The notes below the pieces were generated by a model that was not told the DNA's origin, ran no database searches, and saw only the letters and a program-made list of their open reading frames with translations. 64,000 bases of DNA from Candidatus Gottesmanbacteria bacterium. Lineage in GTDB: Bacteria; Patescibacteriota; Microgenomatia; UBA10105; UBA927. Positions 57,481 to 64,000 of the stretch are shown here, one piece after another. A program made the position numbers and the translations under genes. The stretch spans positions 1,023,907 through 1,087,906 of the forward strand of contig OY970230.1 of the NCBI GenBank assembly GCA_963714095.1. The letters run 5' to 3'. How positions within the stretch are numbered: position 1 is the stretch's first letter; the number at the start of each line of letters is the position of its first letter.

Positions 57481-59094
57481 TTATACAATTTCGTCTTTTT
57501 TCGTGCGGATGAAGCGGATCCACTCTTCCACTACCTCGAAGATTATCTTCAGCGGCGCTTCGAGGACGAAGTCAAAAATAAAAATGAATATGTTGAGGCG
57601 TGCTATTTCCTTGGATAAAAACTGCCCAGCCTGCAATACCGGCATAAGGAAGAAGTCCATAAACGGTTCCAGGAATCCCTGTCGCTCGATCATTTCATAT
57701 TCCTTTGCCGAATGGCGGATCCGGTAGGCAAAGAACGAAACAAGCGCCACGAAGAATACGAAAATAATCTTACTCGGAATACTGAATTGCAATGCAGAAA
57801 GCGCGATGTTAATGAGTCCGAATGTAATGGCAAATGTAGCAAAGTAGAAGAATGAAAACGCAACGGTGAGAATCGGCCGGTTGTCCTTTTGCCGTTCGAT
57901 AAACGTATCTTTTTCCTTCGCAACCGCGTCAAAATTATACAGGAGTTTATGGATGCGGTCGATGAGCCTCCGTGTATTATCTGCGCCTGGCACACTAAAG
58001 AGCCCCGCGACCAGAAAGAGCATGAGAGGAGGAAATAGTGTATTGATGATAAGAGGAATGGGAGCCAATTTTTTCATGATATAGATGTCATACGGTGCTT
58101 CCAGGGCAAATGCGAAGACCATTTTGGTGAGGAATATATAGATAAAACTGCGCACCATGGCACGACGCACTTTTCGCCCCGTTTCGTTATAGCGGTTAAT
58201 GGCAATCTGCGTCAGTTTTTCGTCAAGCTTTTTCGGGTCGTCGATATAACTTCGTACTTCCGGGCCGGTTTCGATAAAAAAATCTTTCAGTAAGAGAAAC
58301 GGGGGCACCTGCCGCCGTAAATAGCGGAATACCGGAGCAGTTAAGGGATGTGTCAGCGTCGCGCGGATCGACCGTGTTGCACTTAAGAATTGTGTAACGG
58401 TTGATGGCCCGGCTTCCTTCGTGTTGTTTAGCCAGTCCGGCAACAGGAGTGTTGTGAGGTGATAGGCGATAAGGGCATCATCTGACTGCATATATGCACG
58501 CTCCGAAGCGACGAGCGTAATAAGATTTGTCTCCTGTTCGGAAACACCCGTAAGTGATATCTTCGGGCGGTTTGCCTGGTAGAAAAAGTACAGCAGCGCC
58601 TGCCGCTTTCTGGCCGGGACAATAGATTCTTCTATTTCGCTTGATGCGATGCCCAAGACGTAGTCCCAGGGGACTGCGGCGTGACCGGCTGAGATTGCCT
58701 GTTTGATCGTCAGGTATTTGTCAATAATCAGGGTGATTTCAGTAATTTTGTCTTCATCTATGAACGAACTGTCAATATACTTTGCCCATAAAAGTTCAGT
58801 CACCAGATTTTCGGCAATTGATCCTGCGGCTCCGTTTAACAGAATACGCCGCTTGAGAATCCGTTCAATTGCCGCCCGGCGGATAAGATGTTCGGCGCGG
58901 AATTCTACGGCATTCCGTATTTTTTCAAAGACAACGGCAAGAGCGGAAACGGTGCGGCTTACGTTGTACCCCACGCCGCTTTTTCCCATAACTACTCCCT
59001 CAGAGTAGGTATTGATAAGATCCACTACGATCGGGGCGAGTTTTGGCTTCGTCATAGTCCGGCCGGTTACCTCAATTGCATCATTGTCGTTCAT
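57481..59094 (-). CDS. Large hypothetical membrane protein (soluble N-terminal ~330 aa + C-terminal multi-TM)
   Basis: The ORF is 537 aa with 6 or more C-terminal TM helices. No motif was recognised. Confidence 0.45.
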   Translation of the reverse strand: MNDNDAIEVTGRTMTKPKLAPIVVDLINTYSEGVVMGKSGVGYNVSRTVSALAVVFEKIRNAVEFRAEHLIRRAAIERILKRRILLNGAAGSIAENLVTELLWAKYIDSSFIDEDKITEITLIIDKYLTIKQAISAGHAAVPWDYVLGIASSEIEESIVPARKRQALLYFFYQANRPKISLTGVSEQETNLITLVASERAYMQSDDALIAYHLTTLLLPDWLNNTKEAGPSTVTQFLSATRSIRATLTHPLTAPVFRYLRRQVPPFLLLKDFFIETGPEVRSYIDDPKKLDEKLTQIAINRYNETGRKVRRAMVRSFIYIFLTKMVFAFALEAPYDIYIMKKLAPIPLIINTLFPPLMLFLVAGLFSVPGADNTRRLIDRIHKLLYNFDAVAKEKDTFIERQKDNRPILTVAFSFFYFATFAITFGLINIALSALQFSIPSKIIFVFFVALVSFFAYRIRHSAKEYEMIERQGFLEPFMDFFLMPVLQAGQFLSKEIARLNIFIFIFDFVLEAPLKIIFEVVEEWIRFIRTKKDEIV

Positions 59095-59244
59095 GGGACC
59101 TTTCTGGTAATAATTTCACTGTACACGTATAAGTATATCAGATTTTATGGTTTCTGGTCCTATTTGAACGCAGGCAATAGTTTTGCGGTAGAAGCTATGT
59201 GGTACAATTACATCCGAATTACATATATTTTTGTATGCATACAC

Positions 59245-60039
59245 ATGACTAAAATAATTGTTGTGATGCCGGCATATAATGCACAGCGGACATTAAAGCG
59301 GACTGTTGACGATATTCCCAAAGGGCTGGTGAGTGAAATCATTCTCGTTGATGATAAGAGCAGGGATTATACTGTTGATGAAGCAAAAAAATTAGGCTTA
59401 ACGGTCTATAAACACCGTCGGAACCGGGGGTATGGCGGTAACCAAAAAACGTGTTACAAAAAAGCATTGGAACATAATGCCGACATTGTTGTTATGCTCC
59501 ATCCGGATTACCAGTATGACAGCAGTCTGATAGGAGAACTTATTCGGCCGATTGTTCAGAAACGTGCAGATGTGATGTTCGGCAGTAGAGTCAGCAGCCG
59601 GGCGAAAGCTCTTGCAGGGGGAATGCCACGAACCAAATATTTTCTGAACCGTTTGTTTTGTATCCTCGAGAATGGTATTTTAGGCGTTAACTTTTCCGAA
59701 CACTTCAGCGGACTGCGTGCGTATAGCAAATCTGTTTTAAAAACTCTTCCCATAGAAAATTTTTCAGACGATTTCGTATTTGACCAGGAGTTTATGATTT
59801 CCGCCATAGCCTACGGGTATCACATAGGCGAAATATCCATTCCTATACGGTACTTTTCTGAAGCGTCATCGATTCACTTTCTGAAGGGAACAACATTTTT
59901 ATTAGGAACCATTCGGACACTTTCTGCATATCTTTTATATAGAACAAAAATGTACACGTCACCGGTATTTTTGTATCGAACGGATCGGACAAAAAAGGAG
60001 CATAACGCGCGGTTGCGCAATGACCATCATACAAGATAA
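59245..60039 (+). CDS. GT2 glycosyltransferase, polyprenol-phosphate mannose/glucose synthase (Ppm1/DPM1-like)
   Basis: The N-terminus reads MTKIIVVMPAYNAQRTL...EIILVDDKSRD. An acidic MLHPDYQYD segment and a C-terminal amphipathic/TM tail are present. The start was trimmed from the longer ORF at 58888. Confidence 0.7.
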   Translation: MTKIIVVMPAYNAQRTLKRTVDDIPKGLVSEIILVDDKSRDYTVDEAKKLGLTVYKHRRNRGYGGNQKTCYKKALEHNADIVVMLHPDYQYDSSLIGELIRPIVQKRADVMFGSRVSSRAKALAGGMPRTKYFLNRLFCILENGILGVNFSEHFSGLRAYSKSVLKTLPIENFSDDFVFDQEFMISAIAYGYHIGEISIPIRYFSEASSIHFLKGTTFLLGTIRTLSAYLLYRTKMYTSPVFLYRTDRTKKEHNARLRNDHHTR

Positions 60040-60064
60040 CGTGATATGCTAATACTCAAATCCG

Positions 60065-61699
60065 ATGAATACACGGACACGTTTCATTTTCTGGCGTAGC
60101 GCAGCAGTAGCGGTATGTCTGGTTTTTGTGTTTTTCCCGTGGCTCTATCTTCTTGCCGCCATCAATTCACACCTGCTTCTGTTCCGCAGTGCGGTATTTA
60201 ATTATCTTCTTATTATCATCTCTGCAATCGCTGCTGGTTTGTGCGCCAGCCGTATCCGGCATACGCTGACCCCGCACACCAAAAAGCTGATTCCTATCAT
60301 CCTTGGGGCAGCGGTTATTCTGTACGGATGTGCAATGTTCATCATTACGATGTACTGCTATACGCACTATATTTTTGAATCCGTTGATCTATCCCAGTAT
60401 CATTTATCCCTCTGGCAGCTTTCCCAGTTTAAGCTGCCGTATATCTGGGACATGCCCACAACACCTATCTGGCAGCAGCATTTTGAGCCGATTTTGTTTT
60501 TTATCGTCCCGATCTATTGGGTTATAAAAGACGCCGGGGTGCTGGTGGCAGTGCAGGCACTTGCGGTTTTAAGCGGTGCGTTGCCCCTGTATATGACTGC
60601 CCATTATCTGTGGAAGTCCAAGTACGCAGCCCTCGCGATCTCGTATGCGTATCTTGCGTTCGGCGGACTGCAGGTAGGGTTTGCCTACGGATTTCATCCC
60701 ATTATGTTTTTTCCGCCTCTCTTTTTTTGGCTGTATTACTGGTATTGCCGTCGAAATACATACCTGTATTTTCTGTTTGTCGTTTTGTGTCTCTTTGTGA
60801 AGGAAGAAATATCATTCATCATGATTTTTTGGGGAATGTATGTACTGCTGTTTAAAAAAGAAAAATTTTTAGGAGCAGTGACGGTTGCCATGGGATTTCT
60901 GTGGTACATCCTCTGTTTTCACATAATCTTCCCCTACTTCAGTCCCAAAGCAGGATTTGTGTATTGGGGCCAATATAATCAGGAGTACGGGACGGGCCTT
61001 GCGGGCATCCTCAAATTTGCCTTCCTTAACCCGCGGCAGTTTGTTACTACCCTTGTCACACCGTCGTATAAAATCGAGACATTCCTCTGTATTTTTGGCG
61101 CATTCGCTTTTCTCCCCTTCGTGTACCCTCCGAGTCTTCTTATAGTTCTGCCGTCGATTCTGGAAAAACTTCTGAGTTCCGGAATTGTGGCGTTAAACGG
61201 TACCCATTATTCGGCGGCGGTTTGGGGAGCAACCGTCATCGCATCACTTGAAGCGCTGCATTTCGTACGCGGTAAATCACGGGGCACGCTGCTCGGTAAC
61301 ACTGCTTTTTTGGGCACGTTTCTTTTCTACGTGGCGTTATTTTCCAATGTCCTCTATGGGTGCTCGACGTTTGCATTTTTTCCTCAGGGGAACATTATTC
61401 CCCCGCCGCAGGAAAATATACAATTGTTAAACGATGTTATCCGGCTCATTCCGGCCAATGCAACGGTCGGCGCGCAGTACCTCATTGCACCGCACATCCA
61501 TAAACCATTCGGACAGTTGACCCCGTGGCCGAACTATCTCAATGAACCGGATATTGTTATGTGGGACACGAAGCTGCCGCCCGTATTAGTGGAATGGACA
61601 ACTGTCACAAAAAATCTTCTGGCGCTGTCAAAAAATCCTGCGTATCAGTTAGTGGTTAACACGGACGGGATCATCGTTTTTGAAAAAATCCACCGCTGA
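60065..61699 (+). CDS. DUF2079-like polytopic membrane protein (putative GT-C glycosyltransferase)
   Basis: The protein is 544 aa with about 12 TM helices and extracytoplasmic loops. It sits immediately downstream of the GT2. The family assignment is inference. Confidence 0.45.
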   Translation: MNTRTRFIFWRSAAVAVCLVFVFFPWLYLLAAINSHLLLFRSAVFNYLLIIISAIAAGLCASRIRHTLTPHTKKLIPIILGAAVILYGCAMFIITMYCYTHYIFESVDLSQYHLSLWQLSQFKLPYIWDMPTTPIWQQHFEPILFFIVPIYWVIKDAGVLVAVQALAVLSGALPLYMTAHYLWKSKYAALAISYAYLAFGGLQVGFAYGFHPIMFFPPLFFWLYYWYCRRNTYLYFLFVVLCLFVKEEISFIMIFWGMYVLLFKKEKFLGAVTVAMGFLWYILCFHIIFPYFSPKAGFVYWGQYNQEYGTGLAGILKFAFLNPRQFVTTLVTPSYKIETFLCIFGAFAFLPFVYPPSLLIVLPSILEKLLSSGIVALNGTHYSAAVWGATVIASLEALHFVRGKSRGTLLGNTAFLGTFLFYVALFSNVLYGCSTFAFFPQGNIIPPPQENIQLLNDVIRLIPANATVGAQYLIAPHIHKPFGQLTPWPNYLNEPDIVMWDTKLPPVLVEWTTVTKNLLALSKNPAYQLVVNTDGIIVFEKIHR

Positions 61700-61713
61700 A
61701 GTGTCTTTCCGAA

Positions 61714-62097
61714 TTATTGGGTGAACCCGGCGTATACGAAACAGACGCCGATAATGAAAAATACGACCAATGCAGTTGTCCCGAGATTTTTATTTTTTCT
61801 GATCTTGGCAACGACGCCGGTCATGCGGTCCGCACAAAACAGGTTGACCACTCCGAGCACCAGAATCAACCAGCAAAAGAGAGACGTGGCGATATCCAAA
61901 CTTGTCGTCCAGCTGTTGTGAAACAGCAGAAGCACAATACCCAAAAGGACGTTTACGACGCCCTTAAACAAGATGGGCATCGTGTGCTCATACTGCCGGA
62001 GAACAGAGCTGAAGTTTTTCCTGTTAACGAGGAGTGCTGATGTCACGATAATAAGAATGAAACCTAAGAGTTTTGCAAGAACCGCTGAAGATATCAT
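61714..62097 (-). CDS. Small 4-TM membrane protein (hypothetical)
   Basis: The start was trimmed to MISSAVLAKLLGF. Confidence 0.4.
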   Translation of the reverse strand: MISSAVLAKLLGFILIIVTSALLVNRKNFSSVLRQYEHTMPILFKGVVNVLLGIVLLLFHNSWTTSLDIATSLFCWLILVLGVVNLFCADRMTGVVAKIRKNKNLGTTALVVFFIIGVCFVYAGFTQ

Positions 62098-62213
62098 ATG
62101 TGTTTCCTCCCCTATTTTCAGTGTTTCACAATGTGAGGAAGATGGCAAGTTGCTTGAATCTATGCACGACCCCCATTTTGTGTTATAGGATATTTTTGAT
62201 ATAATAGCCCCCT

Positions 62214-62795
62214 ATGATACGAAGAGAAATAGATGCTGTATCTTCAGCACGAAACATAGACGAGTTCGTACGGTCTATGCCAACTGTTGACACTGATTTA
62301 TTGCGCGCTGGCATGAATATTCAAAATGTTACGCGTCAACTCGGTTTCGGCAATGACTGGAGCAGACTTGCGGGTTTATCTATACTGGATCTGGGTTGTG
62401 GTTCCCGGCTCACCCCACGGTATTTGAATCCGGATGGTTGGCCTCCGTTTTTTTGTTTGCTCGCATCGAATTTAGGCGCGCATGTGACCGGCATAGATCT
62501 TCATGCGGCGGATAAACAGGATGCAAAGGTATATACCCATATACGCGCAGATTTAGTTGCAGCGGTCCACACGGATAGTCTGGAGAATATAGGACTTCCG
62601 ACTGGTTCATTCCATGTTGTTCACGCGGGATTGCTGACAAGTACCGATCCGCCTTCGGGAGATTTTATAGCGGCTCTTGAAAAACATCATCTTTCTGAAC
62701 AACAATTTAAAGATGAATTGCTTGGGTCGTTATCGCGCCTTCTTGTCCCGGGCGGTGTGTGGGTAGAAAACGGTGACTATAAGCAAATGAAGTAA
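62214..62795 (+). CDS. Methyltransferase-like protein, paralog B (motif I LDLGCGSR)
   Basis: SILDLGCGSR...GWPPFF...LGAHVTGIDLHA...YTHIRADL are present and collinear with the gene at 56774. Confidence 0.45.
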   Translation: MIRREIDAVSSARNIDEFVRSMPTVDTDLLRAGMNIQNVTRQLGFGNDWSRLAGLSILDLGCGSRLTPRYLNPDGWPPFFCLLASNLGAHVTGIDLHAADKQDAKVYTHIRADLVAAVHTDSLENIGLPTGSFHVVHAGLLTSTDPPSGDFIAALEKHHLSEQQFKDELLGSLSRLLVPGGVWVENGDYKQMK

Positions 62796-62802
62796 GGCGC
62801 GT

Positions 62803-63354
62803 TCAATGCACTCGGCAATTCGGCCAGATACTGCTTGCGCCGATTGAATACACGTAGGCGGCGGTCTGCGCCGCGTCTTCTGCATTCCATCTCAAAGCAC
62901 TGCTCGGGTCTTTTCCCATGAGATTTCGATATATTTGCCAGGTACGCGTATCAAACTGGAATAGGCCTGCGTAGGGGCCGTTTGTCGCGTCTGGGTTAAA
63001 TCCGGATTCACACAATGCCGTGTGCCTCAGAGCATTCGGGTCAACGCCGTATTGGCCGGAATATTTGTCTATAAACCCGTTTATCTGTTGAGAACTTGCG
63101 GTTGGGATCGTTTCCGGGATCGGTGAAGGTGTTGGTGTCGCGGTAGCGGTCGGATATATCGTCGGTGTTGGGGTCGCGGTCGCTTCTGCGGTCGGAGTCG
63201 CCGAAGGCGACGGCATGGGCGTTCGTGTGGGTGTGAGGGCGGGATGATCGACAGACTCTGCCCGAACGTTCGTCCGAGCGCTCACTGCGGCAAAAATCAG
63301 AAGCGTACTCACTCCCATCACCAAGCCTAGAAAAAAGAATACGAAAATTCTCAC
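62803..63354 (-). CDS. Secreted Rpf/transglycosylase-like (lysozyme-like) protein with PT-rich linker
   Basis: A signal peptide is followed by a 60-aa Pro/Thr/Ala linker. The C-terminal domain reads ALCESGFNPDATNGPYAGLFQF, the Transglycosylase-like/Rpf catalytic Glu context. Confidence 0.6.
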   Translation of the reverse strand: MRIFVFFFLGLVMGVSTLLIFAAVSARTNVRAESVDHPALTPTRTPMPSPSATPTAEATATPTPTIYPTATATPTPSPIPETIPTASSQQINGFIDKYSGQYGVDPNALRHTALCESGFNPDATNGPYAGLFQFDTRTWQIYRNLMGKDPSSALRWNAEDAAQTAAYVYSIGASSIWPNCRVH

Positions 63355-63394
63355 GCGGTTAGTATATCAAACCGGACAGCCAATCGGTTGAGGG

Positions 63395-64000
63395 TTATTG
63401 AACAGTGATAGCAAGGGGTCCTGACCAGGAAACAAGAACGCCGTCTTTTTTGGCAACCAACGCCACATAGTACGTTGTTCCCGGCACCAGCGCTCCGATC
63501 GTAAAGGTGTTGCTCAGATTTTCCTGATGCGGCATATTCAATACACCATATTGATAGAGCGCCGGGGATGTACCGTAGACAATGTCATATTGATTTGCTG
63601 AATCGTTATCAAACCAATTTACGTCAATGGTATGGGGAGTTTTTCCGTAGGCAAGAGCAAACAAATAGGGCATTTCAAAATTTTTACTTGCAGAATAATA
63701 TGTTGGGGCATTTGCGGTTGTATTCGTTATGGCTGCCTGTGCAACAACCGGGCCGGATTCAACCATTGCCCCGCCATTCTGAACACCGAATAATTTTATA
63801 AAGTATGTTTGCCCTGTGGAGAGATCCTGTATGGTAAATTGATTTATTTGATCCGGTAGACGGGTAATATGTACGACGCCGTATGCCGATGAATCAGGTG
63901 TCGTTCCATAGAGAATATTATAATAATCCCCGTTTCCGCCCGTGTCTTTCCAGGTGACTTGAATACTTCCGGAGGTTGCCCCTGCTACGGCTGTGAGGTC
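63395..64000 (-). CDS. Fibronectin type III-like repeat protein (5' end beyond window)
   Basis: The reading frame is open to the window edge. Two FN3-like repeats are present (W..D......Y.I.YG.....Y.....GTTY). Confidence 0.55.
   Translation of the reverse strand, partial: DLTAVAGATSGSIQVTWKDTGGNGDYYNILYGTTPDSSAYGVVHITRLPDQINQFTIQDLSTGQTYFIKLFGVQNGGAMVESGPVVAQAAITNTTANAPTYYSASKNFEMPYLFALAYGKTPHTIDVNWFDNDSANQYDIVYGTSPALYQYGVLNMPHQENLSNTFTIGALVPGTTYYVALVAKKDGVLVSWSGPLAITVQ

Overview
This 64 kb window looks like a compact, gene-dense bacterial chromosome segment with a monoderm-like (Candidate Phyla Radiation/Patescibacteria-like) gene repertoire; that lineage call is inference from gene content only. 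Most of the window is housekeeping. It carries gyrB–hppA–gyrA, folD, holB, trmD–rpsP–rnc–nusB–rpmF, recG, tyrS, a class A PBP, pheST, the infC–rpmI–rplT operon, thrS, tig, and six tRNAs (Tyr, Val, Leu, Lys, Arg, plus a tRNA-like fragment). The largest non-housekeeping block is a complete secretin-less type IV pilus locus at 11.8–27.0 kb: PilB, PilT, PilC, a major pilin, PilD, six further pilin-like genes and PilM/N/O. Two large GT-C-type membrane glycosyltransferase-like genes (DUF2723/PMT-like with TPR, and YfhO-like) are embedded between the major pilin and the prepilin peptidase, which points to pilin O-glycosylation. The window also contains several other noteworthy elements. A T-box riboswitch leader with promoter, conserved T-box core and intrinsic terminator sits at 35.87–36.17 kb on the minus strand, at the head of a co-directional string ending in tyrS, and is followed by an odd tRNA-like 3'-half element. 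A second glycan cluster (GT2 Ppm-like plus a DUF2079-like membrane protein, assigned by inference) is flanked by paralogous methyltransferase-like genes. An accessory island bounded by thrS and tRNA-Val holds an IS-transposase remnant, a membrane methyltransferase, a surface protein and a SipW-like/TasA-like secretion pair. pheT is split by a frameshift, and there are several secreted cell-wall hydrolases. No CRISPR array or rRNA is present. All calls rest on reading the translated ORFs and the nucleotide sequence by eye; no database searches were run.
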